From: Eledone cirrhosa
Lineage: Eukaryota
Direction of reading: 5' to 3'
DNA length: 64,000 bases
NCBI GenBank assembly: GCA_964016885.1
Contig: OZ024748.1
Coordinates: 14,012,001 to 14,076,000, forward strand
In this document: one piece after another, positions 12,677 to 27,589 of the stretch
How positions within the stretch are numbered: position 1 is the stretch's first letter
Layout: the number at the start of each line of letters is the position of its first letter
Program-made: the position numbers and the translations under genes
The notes under the pieces: model-generated
The model's input: only the letters and a program-made list of their open reading frames with translations
What the model was told of the DNA's origin: nothing
The model's database searches: none

Positions 12677-12966
12677 TAATTGTAAGCAATTATATTTGTA
12701 TGTGTATGTGTGAGTGTGCGCGTAAGTGTGTATTTGTGTATGTGTTGGATGCCATCAGTCAACTGTCTAACCACATGTTTATATATATAAGACTTATGTA
12801 TACATATATAGATGCATCCATGCGTACATACATACCTGCATCCACGCATACATACATACATATATATACACACACACTCTTCCATCTCCCTCTTTCACTC
12901 TGTATACAACTATTTGTTAGTTGGTGGTTTAGGCTTGCAGCTGAGATTGATTCAAGTGAGTGATTC

Positions 12967-13009
<43 letters not shown>

Positions 13010-13091
13010 CCGTAGAAAAGTTAAAGGGAAGAAGAGTGTTCTATGTGTAGTACTGAACTATTTAATTAAATAATAAACAACACCATATAAT

Positions 13092-13194
13092 TATTCCATT
13101 ACCAAAGGTTTCAGGAAATTAGACGTTCTTAACAGAAACGTCCGGACGTTTCTGTTACGACCTTCTAATTTTCTGAAACCTTTGGTAATGGAAT
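13092..13194. mobile_element. ~100-bp palindrome with hammerhead 3' half, TA-flanked
   Basis: centred on ACGTCC|GGACGT; arms carry GAAACC-TTT-GGTA. Confidence 0.7.
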
Positions 13195-13329
13195 ATATAT
13201 ATATATATTAATAATAGTTCTAGTTCTGTAGAAGCCATTTCTATATCAAATATTTATACCCTGCTATGTATTGAGTACCTTACTCACTGTGGTTACCCCC
13301 GATTGAACCCGGGATAAACTCATATATAT

Positions 13330-13642
13330 ATAAAATAAAATAAGTAAGTCAAATATGTAAAATATGGCCTCGTTTATTATAAATTATAAATTTACTGCTA
13401 TATATATGATTCCAGTTCTTCGGAGGACTAACAACACACCCCGGAGTGGATATATCAATGTATTGACAGAGTGAAACACACTTCAACAACATATGTACCT
13501 ATCTTTTCCACACCGATTCAGACTGCTTGAAGAGGTCACAGCGAGTAATGTCTGTCACCGAAATATATATAGCAGTAAATTTACAATTTATAATAAACGA
13601 AGCCAAATTTTACATATTTGACTTACCTATTTTATTTTACAT
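13330..13642. mobile_element. fold-back element, ~75-bp inverted arms (13330-13408 and 13563-13642)
   Basis: TAAATTTACTGCTATATATAT is mirrored by ATATATATAGCAGTAAATTTA, and the match extends outward. Confidence 0.8.
13522..13576 (+). ncRNA. minimal type-I hammerhead ribozyme (U3 variant)
   Basis: ACTGC TTGAAGA GGTCACAG-loop-CTGTCACC GAAA TATATA TA GCAGT; helix I 5 bp, helix II 7 bp plus C.C, palindromic helix III. Confidence 0.7.
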
Positions 13643-13682
13643 TACTCCGGAGTAAACCAACAAACCACAACCAACATATACT

Positions 13683-13720
<38 letters not shown>

Positions 13721-14111
13721 CAGAGTGTGTGTTTCATCAACTATATATTTATTATGAATATTTCTTGAATCAATACAGTAATATGGTTTTCTTTATCACA
13801 CATCGCCAAATGAAAAAAAGACATCTCAAATCAATTAAGAAAATCTTAGAGGGAGAGGGAGACGACATTTTTTATTTTATTTTGCGGGGGGTTAGTTTTC
13901 TAGACAGAGTGATGGCGTACACGTGTTGGAATCAAACAGAAATCACTAAGCAAAAAAAATAATCGATCAGCACCTTATGGCGTTATCTTTACAAAATGGC
14001 TCTACAGAATGGCATCACAGGATTTTTCACACAAATCAATCAATATCGATAATGCTTTAAATTCCAGACATACTCACATGGATATAATACACGACACCAA
14101 GATGAATTTGA

Positions 14112-14159
<48 letters not shown>

Positions 14160-14167
14160 ATGTGTAT

Positions 14168-14216
<49 letters not shown>

Positions 14217-14549
14217 TATTGATCAGTTGGAGAGAATCGATAGAAACCTATTAAATATATCATTCTACTACTGCAAGAAGAAGAAGAAGAAGAAGAAGAA
14301 GAAGAAGAAGAAGACCAATTGTAATAAATGTTATCAATCAGAAGGGTATTGGCTGATCTCAGACATTACAAAGGGTAACACATATTATACAGATTATTTA
14401 ACGTATATACTTGAATATGAGTCGAAGAATATGTTACCAAAATATCGATGGTAGAAGGGGTCTGGTTATACTCGAGATCAAATTCGACGTAAGGAAGGTT
14501 CAGATTTCTGCCCATTTCTAAGACATAATTGTTTCTACTTTTGGCACAA

Positions 14550-14660
14550 GAACCCCATTTGCTCACTATACAGACAGATGGGAAGGGTGAGATAGACGTG
14601 GGCGTTGACGGTGGGAGTTCAGCTCTCTCTTCTTCGGTCACATTGCACCTGTCTCTCTCT
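14550..14660 (+). mobile_element. 3'UTR fragment of CRE-like LINE
   Basis: similar to 28223-28310 and reverse complement of 14963-15070. Confidence 0.55.
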
Positions 14661-14722
14661 CCCACTCTCACTCTTCCTTTATCGGTGTGTGTGTTTGTGT
14701 GTTTGTGTGTTTGTATATATAT

Positions 14723-14911
14723 ATAATTGTTTCTACGTTTGGCACAAGACCAGCAATTACCCGGTACGTTACTGGCACTTTATTTTATCGACCCCGTAAG
14801 GATGAACGAGAAAGTTAAACTCGACGGGATTTGAACTCAGACTGTAAAGGGACGTAACTATGCTAGAAAGCATCGCGTCCAACCCTCTACAGATACTGCC
14901 AATTTACCACC
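14723..14911 (-). mobile_element. full-length SINE
   Basis: reverse head (GATACTGCCAAT), B-box, core and tail. Confidence 0.9.
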
Positions 14912-14962
14912 CTAAGACATATAACATATATATATATACAAGAAAGTATGGAAATACTTTCT

Positions 14963-15070
14963 TGACGGGTGCAATGTGTCTGAACAAGGAAGAGCCGAAC
15001 TCGCACGGTCATCGCCCACGTCTATCTCAGACTCCCCATCTCTCTGTATAGTGAGCAAATGGAGTACCAC
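14963..15070 (-). mobile_element. 3'UTR fragment of CRE-like LINE
   Basis: reverse complement of 14550-14660. Confidence 0.55.
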
Positions 15071-15227
15071 GTGTTGGCCACCTAAAAGACCTTGCGTACA
15101 GAACGGAGAAGGTGTTTCCCCGGAGGCTGGTAAGGGAGATGCGCAGTAAGAGCCATTCCATATCCATAATACAGAGTACTCACAACCTCTTACTGGATTA
15201 CCTAAAATAAAACGACAACTTGTTATC

Positions 15228-15283
<56 letters not shown>

Positions 15284-15344
15284 CCCACCTGCGCACTTCG
15301 TTGAGTGTTCTACCCTGCATACTGAATTGTCGGTAATTAAAAAA

Positions 15345-15384
<40 letters not shown>

Positions 15385-15389
<5 letters not shown>

Positions 15390-15847
15390 TTCTATTTAAA
15401 TTGTTGGGATACAAGCAAATATTTTTATAACTGTTATAAAGCACTCAACAAATTATTGGAGTGAAAATACGATATATTAACAAATGGAAACTATATTTAT
15501 AAAACCATATTTATTTCATTATACATATTTCAAGGACACCAAGTCAAATTATGGTGCGCTTTCATCAGATAAAATATAATATAAATCAGTTTTATAAATA
15601 AATATTGACATACCCTTAAAGAATGCGACCATTTCTGTTGGAAGCTCCCGGATAGTCACTATCCGGGAGCTTCCAACAGAAATGGTCGCATTCTTTAATG
15701 GTATGTCAATATTTATTTATAAAACTGCTCTATATTATATTTTATCTGATGAAAGCACACCATAATTTAACTTAGTGTCCTTGAAATATGTATAATGAAA
15801 TAAATATGGTTTTATAAATATAGTTTCCATTTGTTAATATATCGTAT
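15385..15847. mobile_element. family C fold-back element; ~190-bp arms with 1-nt spacer at 15657
   Basis: GGAAGCTCCCGGATAGT-C-ACTATCCGGGAGCTTCC; hammerhead in each arm; homolog at 58418-58755; (TA)n on both sides. Confidence 0.9.
15738..15802 (+). ncRNA. minimal type-I hammerhead ribozyme (mirror copy on minus strand at ~15512-15577)
   Basis: TATTTTAT CTGATGA AAGCACAC..GTGTCCTT GAAA TATGTA TA ATGAAATA. Confidence 0.75.
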
Positions 15848-15865
15848 ATATATATATATATATAT

Positions 15866-16093
15866 ATAATGAATAAGGTATGAGGAAGAACTAGGCAAAA
15901 TCTGTGCAGTTATGCAATTGTTTACGAGAACTGACAGATTGTGCAATTCGCGAGTGAATTACATAATCTTTCGCCTCGGGTAGGTGATTACATAACTGCA
16001 TTGAAATTTGTGTAAGAGACTGTGATGCATACATATCTTTCTTCGAATTTTATCAGATTTTGCCTAGTTTTTCATTATACTCTATTCACTATA
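15866..16093. repeat. imperfect inverted repeat next to (TA)n
   Basis: AACTAGGCAAAATCTG versus CAGATTTTGCCTAGTT. Confidence 0.6.
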
Positions 16094-16445
16094 AATTAGT
16101 CCGTCAAATTCTCAGAATCTTTTTACCATATTCGATGAGGCACCTGGTATCATGAAGATACTTATGTTACACAACTCCATCGACCACGTTAAGTATATGT
16201 AACCGCTAATAAGACTCTTCAGTCTTTTGTTTCGCATATTCATTTTACACAAACGTGAATTAGCCCACATAAAACGGATACTCTTATTTCTTCTCATATA
16301 CACGTGTGTACATTCAGAGTGAAATAGGGGTAACCACAGTAAATAAGATACTTATTTCTCTCTCTATATAAATATATAAATATATATATTTATACATGTA
16401 TAGGTAAACATATTTATATGCAGATGGAGATGTAGCTAGCTATAG

Positions 16446-16510
<65 letters not shown>

Positions 16511-16835
16511 TGTTTCTTTATTAGCCAGAGGGGCACAAAAGAAGGGGACAAATACAAAGGGGGAAGTTTACATACAATAAAAACGTGTAAAATACTATCA
16601 CAAATGAAATTTAAAAATTAATCGATTTTCCCCAATAGGGGGAGACATTACATATGAATAACATATACCCCCGAAAAATTGTGCAACCCTCAGCTCCAGG
16701 AGTATGAAGAGTTCGTACCCCTTTCCTATCTTCCTCAACCTACGGGCCACGCGCCACTTTCACCCACCTTTCATAAAACTTGCTGGGGTACAGCACCTCT
16801 CTCTCCATCCTGATTCTTCTTCTAAAGTGGTATTT

Positions 16836-16838
<3 letters not shown>
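16511..16838 (-). mobile_element. 3' end of Tx1/L1-like LINE in (GATA)n
   Basis: minus strand FKYHFRRRIRMEREVLYPSKFYERWVKVA, ends GGCTAATAAAGAAA; GATA arrays on both sides; similar ends at ~17370 and ~60525. Confidence 0.5.
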
Positions 16839-16925
<87 letters not shown>

Positions 16926-17336
16926 CAGACAGATCGATAGACAGATCGACAGACAGATCGACAGAGAGAGACACAGACCGACAGATAGATGTGTATCTCC
17001 TTGCAAAATAAAGCAGCCTTGGGAATATTAAGACGTCTCATAGACTTTTTATTCGATTTCTGTTTATCGAAGCATGAGATAGATAAGTTATTTTTACAGT
17101 CACCTGAATAAAGAACGTTTATTTTGATAACAATAATAATATTAACAATAGTAATAATCGCAACAGTAATAATAGCAATAGCAATATTAATAATAGTAAT
17201 AATATCAAGCGTAATAACCGCAATAGTAGTAACAGTGGTGGAAAGAAGGGATGGAATGGAGGTAGATGAGAATGGTACAAAGCATGAAAGACGTTTAAAT
17301 GAAACTGAACAAGCAGCAAAGTCACTAATAATATAC

Positions 17337-17369
<33 letters not shown>

Positions 17370-17485
17370 GTTTTCTTTATTAACCACAAGGGTTTACATA
17401 AAGTAGACATTAAGGACAGTACAGGACAATACAGGACGGTACAAATGGGCATTTCTGCGTGTAAAAAACAGAGGATGTAATAATA

Positions 17486-17934
17486 ATGATACAGACGGAC
17501 AAGAAACTGGAACACAATAGACCTGACCTGGTGGTTGTGGACAAAGAAAAAAAGATCGTGCCTGATTGTGGATGTGGCCTGCCCGTTCGACACGAGAGTG
17601 CAAGAGGAGGAGAGGGAGAAAATTAACCGATACCAGGACTTAAAGTGGGAGGTAAAAAGGATTTGGAACTGCCATGAAGTCAAAGTGGTCCCGATTGTCA
17701 TAGGCGCACTAGGTACTATCTCAAAAAGTTTCCAGGGATGGTTAAAGAAAATTGGCCCCGCCACCCTTTTTGGAACGCTTCAAAAGGCATGCTTGCTGGG
17801 AACAGCAAGAACACTCCGATACGTCCTGAATATCTGAGGCTGCAGGTAGTGGCTTGATATTCATTTCAACAAACTTTCCAGTTAACTAACATCAATGACT
17901 GAGACTCAAAGAACAATAATAATAATAATAATAA
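17486..17934 (+). mobile_element. 3' fragment of Dong/R4-clade LINE (restriction-like endonuclease), frameshifted, in (TAA)n
   Basis: IQTDKKLEHNRPDLVVVDKEK/SCLIVDVACPFD..EKINRYQDL..VVPIVIGALG..LQKACLLGTA; TAA repeats at both ends, the known Dong target. Confidence 0.9.
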
Positions 17935-18645
17935 GATTATTATTAGTAACTTTATTATTGTTATTACTACTACTATTGTTGTTGTTATTGTTATCTTGTT
18001 TATTCTTCATAGTTTCAGAAATATATCAAATGTTTCCTTTTCTTAAGACAAGTCGAGTGCTTATCTGCATAAAATTGTTCAAAGTTAACAAAGACTTTGA
18101 AGGTTAACGAAATTGGCCAAGATTAACAAATGTTGTGTCAGAATGGCTTTAACTATGTTTGCAGATCTTACTGTTGTTATTTTCTTGAACATGCGTGTGT
18201 CTATCTTTAGAGGTTATCTTTCATTCTTTACAGCAATGGGGCTATATAACTCCGTGTCTATATTTTATAAATTGAATGATAGACACCGTGACACACACAT
18301 AGGCAAACAAGTAGAGAGGCAAGAAGACAGAGAATCCCCCCTCGATCTTAACAAACAATAGGTTCTGCATTCCTGATTGACTGATCATGGGTTTAATTGA
18401 CCAAGACAGCGCCCATACGACTCCATCAATGTTAAGTGCACTTGAATGGATTATAGAATATCAATAATTAGCTCACCATTTCCAATTTTATCAGCTAAAA
18501 TTACACCAGGCTTATTATGTACTTTGTAAGTGTTCACCTACCTGTCTGAATTCTAAACTTATTTTCACATTGCTATTTTTCTAGGGTTAGATAAAATTAC
18601 ATATGAATACCCAAATATTTACTTGAAATCTTTAGTAAAACTTCC

Positions 18646-18920
18646 ATTAACTGAGAATAACTCGATTCAGATACTCTGCTTACTAAAAGCTACTAGAAGC
18701 TTCTTGTATGCTGATCTAATACATTCCTTCAAGCAACAGGTAATGAAACTCGCATTAACTGAGAATCAAACATGGTCCAGATACTCTGCTTGCTAGAAAA
18801 TTATTGTATGCAGTTCCCATAGATTCCTTCTTGAAGCGGGTAACCAGACTCAAATTAACTGAAAATCAAATCAATTTCCTATTCTAGATAGATACTCTAC
18901 TTGTTAAAAACATCTAGAAT
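18646..18920. repeat. degenerate ~100-108-bp tandem repeat, 3 units
   Basis: ATTAACTGAGAAT..AGATACTCTGCTT at ~18646, 18754 and 18854. Confidence 0.75.
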
Positions 18921-19124
18921 TCTGACAGGCAGCTTACTCACACCGCCTACTGTTATGTGCAATTAATGTTCTCTATGGTAAAGGACAACTTTAATTAGAC
19001 TTCAAATAGTTTGTTGTTAATCAAGACATTCAAATGCATGAAAAGCTTATTTTAAAAAAAAGTTTTATTGTTTAGTGACACATTTTTTTGTCGGTTACAA
19101 TACATACAGTATGTGTGTGTGTGC

Positions 19125-19200
<76 letters not shown>

Positions 19201-20234
19201 TTATATATATATATATATGCATGGGTATATATATATAATAATAATATTGTATATATATATACAATGATAATAGTATATATATATAATGACGAATTAAACC
19301 TAAATCCTACTAATCCTGTAAAAATAATTTTAGTTTTATCTGTTCTCGAGTATTTGTCGATTACACTTCTTGTATTTTCGGGCTTGGCTAATTGGAATTG
19401 AATTTCGAATTATTGGATTTTAAAGAAACCAACTATTTCAATAAGAAGCTTGATAAGTTAGTTTGTTGTGTATATATGGAGAAAACGCTTTACTTTATCT
19501 ATTTTTGACATTTAAATATATGTTTTATTAGTTTTGTTTCAACAACTCCGAATCTCATTAGTGTCATTCAAGTTTAAATATTAGATGTACTGTACATAAC
19601 TTGAATTTAACTGGATTCTTTAGAAATCAAATAAATTATTTGCTTCGTTGAGATGCCGTTACCCACTCGTTCCCCCCTCTCTCTCTCCTCTCTCTCGTTC
19701 TCTCTCTCACTCTCACTCTCTCTCTCATTCTCTCACTCTCTCTTCCTCCCCAGCCGTCATTCCTTCGCTCTTTTCCTCACTCTCTCTCTCTCCCTAACTA
19801 TTCCTCTGTATCGCTCTCTCTCCCTCTTACCTACTCTCCCTCAATTTCTTAATCACTTTCTCCTTCTTACCTACTCTCTCTCAATTTCTCACTCTCTTTC
19901 TCCCTAGCTCTCACACACATAGCGACCCTAGCGTAGGCTATCACCCTGTCTCTGTCCCGCCCTCTCTTTTCATCTATCTGGCTGTCATAATTATGGCTGT
20001 TAACCTGAATGAAAAGCAGTAGGATCGAGTGGGTGTGTTTATCTATTCACAATTATGTGGACACACAAACCCGTTATGAAAAGCATGTCTCATACTGCCG
20101 AGACTTCTTCGACGTCGAGTGACGGGCATAGAAATATATGTGTATACGTGTGTGCATGTGCATGTATGTATGTATATACATATATACATATGTGTATATA
20201 TGCGCGGGGACAGAAATAATCGGGCTGGATACCC

Positions 20235-20850
20235 GCACTGGTGTCAATTTAATCGAGTTTACCTCTCCCCCAAAATATTGTTGGCCTTGTGCCTAAATAA
20301 AAAATCACGTATACAATAATTATTTCTATTTTTAGCAGAAGGCCAGCAATTACTGCTGTTTTATTTTATTGACCCCAGTAAGGATGAAAGGCAAAGTAAC
20401 CTCGACAAGATTTGAACTTAGATCGTAAAGGGGCGTAACCCTATGCTGCAAAGCATAGCCTCCGACCCTTTACCAATACTGCCAATCCACCGCCCCGAAC
20501 TCCGTATACAATAATTGTTTCCATTTTTTGCAGAAGGGCAACAACCACCCCAATGTATTACTGGTACTTTATTTTATCGACCCCCGTAAGGATGAAAGGC
20601 AAAGTTGACTTCGGTGGGATTTGAACTGAGACCACAAAAGGGCCGTAACTATGCTAAAAAGCATAACATCCGACCCTCTACCGATACTGCCAAACCATCG
20701 CCCTTAACCGCGTATACAATAATTGTTTCTATTTTTAGGCACAAGGCCAGCAATTAACCAATACATTACTGGTACTTTATTTTATCGACCCCCGTAAGGA
20801 TGAAAGGCAAAGTTAACCTCGGCGAGATTGAACCGCGTATACAATAATGT
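20235..20850 (-). mobile_element. three head-to-tail SINEs separated by a repeated target sequence, preceded by a plus-strand SINE tail
   Basis: CGTATACAATAAT at ~20308, 20503, 20711 and 20836. Confidence 0.9.
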
Positions 20851-20857
20851 ATGAGTA

Positions 20858-20975
20858 TATGACGTCGCAATGAAATTGTGCAATCGCATATGACGTCACA
20901 TCATAATTACACGAACATTTACGACGTTACATCACGATTACGCAATAATGACTGACGTCACATCGGTTACACGAA
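20858..20975. promoter_or_regulatory. 31-bp-period array of CRE (TGACGTCA) and C/EBP-like bZIP motifs
   Basis: TGACGTCG 20860, TGACGTCA 20891, CGACGTTA 20922, TGACGTCA 20953; ATTGTGCAAT and TTACGCAA in between. Confidence 0.35.
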
Positions 20976-21181
20976 AAATTTGGTGAAATAAACGGAATAT
21001 AGAGATTAGCAAAGAAGCCACTACCGCCACCGCCACATAGAGAAAGCCCTTTCACAAACCTGTAGAGTAAAGTAATCTACGAAACACGAGATGACGTACA
21101 GAAGATATTCTGAAGAGATTAAAAGTTAGTAGAAAGAGCGCATAGTCTTCTATTTTTTCTGTTCAGCTTAATTTGTATGTG

Positions 21182-22297
<1,116 letters not shown>

Positions 22298-24037
22298 GTT
22301 GGCCCTCTAATTGATGAAAATGGCACTCTTCAAGACAATGCTAAAACCATGGGTGAGATACTGCAGAAACAATACTGCTCTGTTTTCAGCAATCCTGATA
22401 TGGCCGATCTGGGCTGTATCGGCGATGTTACTCCCCATTACACCTTATCGGACATAACGTTTGGCGCCCCTGATGTCTTGGAAATCAAGCATAATTCAGC
22501 AGTAGGTCCCGATTGGTTCCCTGCTTGTGTCTTGAAGGCGTGTCAACACCAACTTGCATCTCCTCTTGCCAATCTGTGGCGGAACTCACTGGATGCTGGA
22601 TATGTGCCAGAAAACCTTCTATCCCAGTCTGTTGTCCCAGTTTTCAAAAAGGGAAACAAATCCCTTGCCGTGAATTACCGTCCAATCTCACTCACCTCTC
22701 ATATCATTAAGGTATTTGAGCGAGTGGTGAGATCGCGAATGACCCACTTCCTTGAGAGTAACAATATGCTGAACTCCAACCAGCATGGATTCCGTAATGG
22801 AAGGGATTGCCTGACGCAGCTACTGCATCACTTTGATGACATTTTGAGAGCCTTGGGAGAGGGTTCCAACACTGATGTTATCTACCTTGATTTCAGCAAG
22901 GCCTTTGACAGGGTTGATCATAACATTCTACTGAGAAAGCTGTCCAATATTGGTGTCACTGGAAAGCTGCTGCAGTGGATCAAGAGCTTTCTGTCAAACA
23001 GAACCCAACATGTTGTATTTGAGGGAGTCAAATCAAGCCCAGCCAAAGTCAGTATTGGAGTCCCACAAGGCACTGTGTTGGGCCCACTTCTCTTCATCAT
23101 CTATATTAATGACATCACTGACATCATCAAACACAGCAACATTAAAATTTTCGCTGATGATTCCAAGCTCCAAAAGGTCATCAAAGGCGTGGATGACCGG
23201 ATAAGCCTTCAGTCAGACCTACTGGCTGTTACCCAATGGGCAGAAAAGAACAACATGTTACTGAACGAAGACAAATTCGAACTGATCCACTTTGGAAAAG
23301 AGGATGCTCTGAAACTCCCGTACTCCCTTCCCTCCGGGGAAACTCTCGTGGCGTCTAACAACATCAGAGACTTGGGAGTAACCGTGGACAGCAACATAAG
23401 CTGGACCACGCATATAAGCAGCAAAGTTGACATGGCCCGCAGAATGTGTTCCTGGATCCTCAGAACCTTCCAGTCGAGAGATTCCCGCACCATTATCCTT
23501 CTCTTCTCTACTTTCGCCCGACCACACCTTGAATACTGTTGTCCACTGTGGTCTCCCCACACGAAAAAAAGTATCATGAAACTTGAAGCTCCTCAAAGGG
23601 CAATCACGAAAAAGATAGATGGCATGTCAGACCTTGACTACTGGGGTCGATTAGAAAACCTGAAACTTTACTCACTCCAACGTCGCCGTGAGCGTTATAT
23701 TATCTGCATGATGTGGAAAATGTTCCATCATCACTGCCCAAATGATGTTGGCATCGCCTTCAAGATACACCCAAGGCTTGGGCCCCGTGCTATCCGTCCC
23801 ATTCAAAAATCTAAATCGCAACTCATAACAACAATACGGCACAATTATTTCACCTCAATCGGCCCTGCTCTCTTCAACATCACACCAGGACACGTCAAAA
23901 CAGAAACTGACCACACAAAATTCAAGAAGTCTTTGGACAAATTCCTCCAAGTAATCCCGGACAAACCACCCACACCCGGATATGTCTCCGCAAACAGTAA
24001 TTCTCTTCTCGAATGGGCCATGGTGCCCAAATCCTGA
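22298..24037 (+). CDS. 5'-truncated ORF2 (reverse transcriptase) of a CR1-group non-LTR retrotransposon, about 579 codons without stops
   Basis: [56 protein letters not shown]-terminal PDKP..GY..NSL; no endonuclease domain and no true start. Confidence 0.95.
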   Translation, partial: VGPLIDENGTLQDNAKTMGEILQKQYCSVFSNPDMADLGCIGDVTPHYTLSDITFGAPDVLEIKHNSAVGPDWFPACVLKACQHQLASPLANLWRNSLDAGYVPENLLSQSVVPVFKKGNKSLAVNYRPISLTSHIIKVFERVVRSRMTHFLESNNMLNSNQHGFRNGRDCLTQLLHHFDDILRALGEGSNTDVIYLDFSKAFDRVDHNILLRKLSNIGVTGKLLQWIKSFLSNRTQHVVFEGVKSSPAKVSIGVPQGTVLGPLLFIIYINDITDIIKHSNIKIFADDSKLQKVIKGVDDRISLQSDLLAVTQWAEKNNMLLNEDKFELIHFGKEDALKLPYSLPSGETLVASNNIRDLGVTVDSNISWTTHISSKVDMARRMCSWILRTFQSRDSRTIILLFSTFARPHLEYCCPLWSPHTKKSIMKLEAPQRAITKKIDGMSDLDYWGRLENLKLYSLQRRRERYIICMMWKMFHHHCPNDVGIAFKIHPRLGPRAIRPIQKSKSQLITTIRHNYFTSIGPALFNITPGHVKTETDHTKFKKSLDKFLQVIPDKPPTPGYVSANSNSLLEWAMVPKS

Positions 24038-24111
24038 ATTGAAAGACTTCGCCAGGTGGTGCTATTAAGTTAGACATGACCTCGGCCAATACTGGCCAAA
24101 ACATTTCAAAG

Positions 24112-24115
<4 letters not shown>
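22298..24115 (+). mobile_element. young 5'-truncated CR1-group LINE in (TA)n
   Basis: RT ORF plus ~75-bp 3'UTR with GGCCA-ATAC-TGGCC hairpin; TA arrays on both sides. Confidence 0.92.
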
Positions 24116-24654
<539 letters not shown>

Positions 24655-24965
24655 CTCCTTCAACTATTCTTCTAACAACTTCACCCCTCCCTCCTAATAT
24701 TCTCTATAAAAACTAAATAGGTCCTCAGTAATATTATTCTGATGAAATGACAGTAAATAATAACATTGAAATATTGAATGTCTGCATAACTAAAAGTTTG
24801 TAGATAGCAGCTGTTTTATGTTATGTAACTGTTATAGAAACACGTGTCAATAAATTCCTTTCAACTAAACTGTATCCATTCAAATCTTTCTATTTTTCTC
24901 CGGATTACTTTTGGAACTACAACTGGAACCGTCGAGCAAACTCTACGTGAGCTGATAATCTACTG
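24655..24965 (+). mobile_element. probable decayed Penelope-like end with hammerhead remnants
   Basis: CTGATGA AATG..CATT GAAA at ~24739-24771 (helix I broken); GAAACACGTGTC-AATAAA at ~24837. Confidence 0.4.
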
Positions 24966-25026
24966 TGTGTAATATTTATATTACAACACAACGGAAAATA
25001 CTGTATATATATATATGTATATATAA

Positions 25027-25104
<78 letters not shown>

Positions 25105-25105
25105 G

Positions 25106-25312
<207 letters not shown>

Positions 25313-25889
25313 GTATATATATATATATACATACATACATATATATATGGGTGTAAGTACGTATATATATATATACATATATATGTATATATGTATATGA
25401 GTACTTATATATATATATATATATATATATACGTACTCATATTCATGTGTGTGTGTGTGAGTACGTATATATGCATATGATATATATATATATATATTTA
25501 TATATATATTTATATATATATTTATATATATATATATATACATATACACATGCATATATGTGTGTGAGTACGTATGTATGTGTGCATGTATTTATGAGTG
25601 TTGGCGCGTGTGTGTGTGTGTGGGTGTGTGTGTGGGTGTGTGTTCACACATATGCATGGTAATACATCTATGAATATGTTAATAGTCATGCATGTATGTA
25701 TATATATATATTTACATATATATGAATATATACATATTGATACACAAGCATCAATCAGTTTCATGGTTTTATTAACGATTCTGGCCATGTTATTTTGTTG
25801 CTGTCTGCATCACTGGTACATTGATCCCTCTATATATCTAACTATCACATTCCCCCTCACTCTCATATATATATATTTATATATATGTG

Positions 25890-25922
<33 letters not shown>

Positions 25923-25941
25923 TTATGTATATATATGTATA

Positions 25942-26061
<120 letters not shown>

Positions 26062-26164
26062 AAACTGTCTATCTCTCTCCAACTCACCCTTCTCTCTCTC
26101 TCTCTGTTTATGTATAAGGCCTATCTATCTAACTCTCTATATATCTATCTATCACATTCCCCCT

Positions 26165-26283
<119 letters not shown>

Positions 26284-26315
26284 TACATATATATATATAT
26301 ATATATACATAGACA

Positions 26316-26404
<89 letters not shown>

Positions 26405-26405
26405 G

Positions 26406-26452
<47 letters not shown>

Positions 26453-26718
26453 CTATCTCTCTCCAACTCACACTTCTCTCTCTCTCTCTGTTTATGTATA
26501 ATGCCTATCTATCTAACTCTCTATATATCTATCAATGTAGCTGTCTGCCTGAATAATATATTTAATCTAGGCATATCAGTTCACGTTTCACTACTTCAAC
26601 GATATTACTACACAAAAATGCCTTCTCGTGGTACGCTTCATCACGCCAGTCATACTTTACTTTCGGATTTCATTATATATATATATATATATGTGTGTGC
26701 GTGTGTATATATATATAC

Positions 26719-26749
<31 letters not shown>

Positions 26750-26957
26750 TATACACATATATATATTCATATGTATGACTATAAATACTTAGTATGACTA
26801 TATATATATTTATGAATATATATATATATTTATATATATATATAGAGAGAGAGAGAGTGAGAGAGAGACAAATATATATATTTATGAATATATATACATA
26901 GACAAATATATATATTTATGAATATATATATATACACAAATATATATATATTTATGA

Positions 26958-26990
<33 letters not shown>

Positions 26991-27452
26991 TATATATATG
27001 AATATATATATATATATATACACACGAACATATATATTCATACATTTATATATTCATATTATGTATACATATACACATACAGTAATGATAAGGAACAAGG
27101 AATCAGTGTTGCATCATAGCATATATATATATATATAAGTTTATGTCTCTCTCTCGTTTGTAGAATTTGTTAATAATATATATATATTTCCCTGCGTGTT
27201 ATTATATATTTTCTTAGATATAATATATTCCAATATTCCTATGTATTCCATGATTCCATCCAGTTAGTTCTTTATATTCACCAACTTGTTCGTTTATTTT
27301 TTTATTCCTAAGTTCTTCTATCTCTTTATAGAGTCTTAGTTTTATTTTATATTCACCCAATTCACTACCTTCGCAAAAGCGTAAGTAAACATATAGGTAG
27401 ACACACACACGCATATATATACATTTATATATATACATATGTATATATATAT

Positions 27453-27548
27453 ATAGGAAAAAGTATGACCCCGACGGAAGAGCTCAAGCCGTTTCGACGG
27501 CTATTTCTAGAAATAGCCGTCGAAACGGCTTGATCTCTGCCGTCGGGG

Positions 27549-27552
<4 letters not shown>
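27453..27552. mobile_element. family B palindrome in (TA)n
   Basis: GACCCCGACGG..CGTTTCGACGGCTATTTCT|AGAAATAGCCGTCGAAACG..CCGTCGGGGTC. Confidence 0.85.

Positions 27553-27589
<37 letters not shown>

Noticed and set aside
16760-17764. 334-aa minus-strand ORF
   Set aside because: A chance read-through of antisense R4 sequence, TAA/GATA repeats and a Tx1-like fragment.
21070-21160. Hammerhead from GAAAC and CTGAAGA
   Set aside because: Helices cannot be closed directly on the core in either topology.
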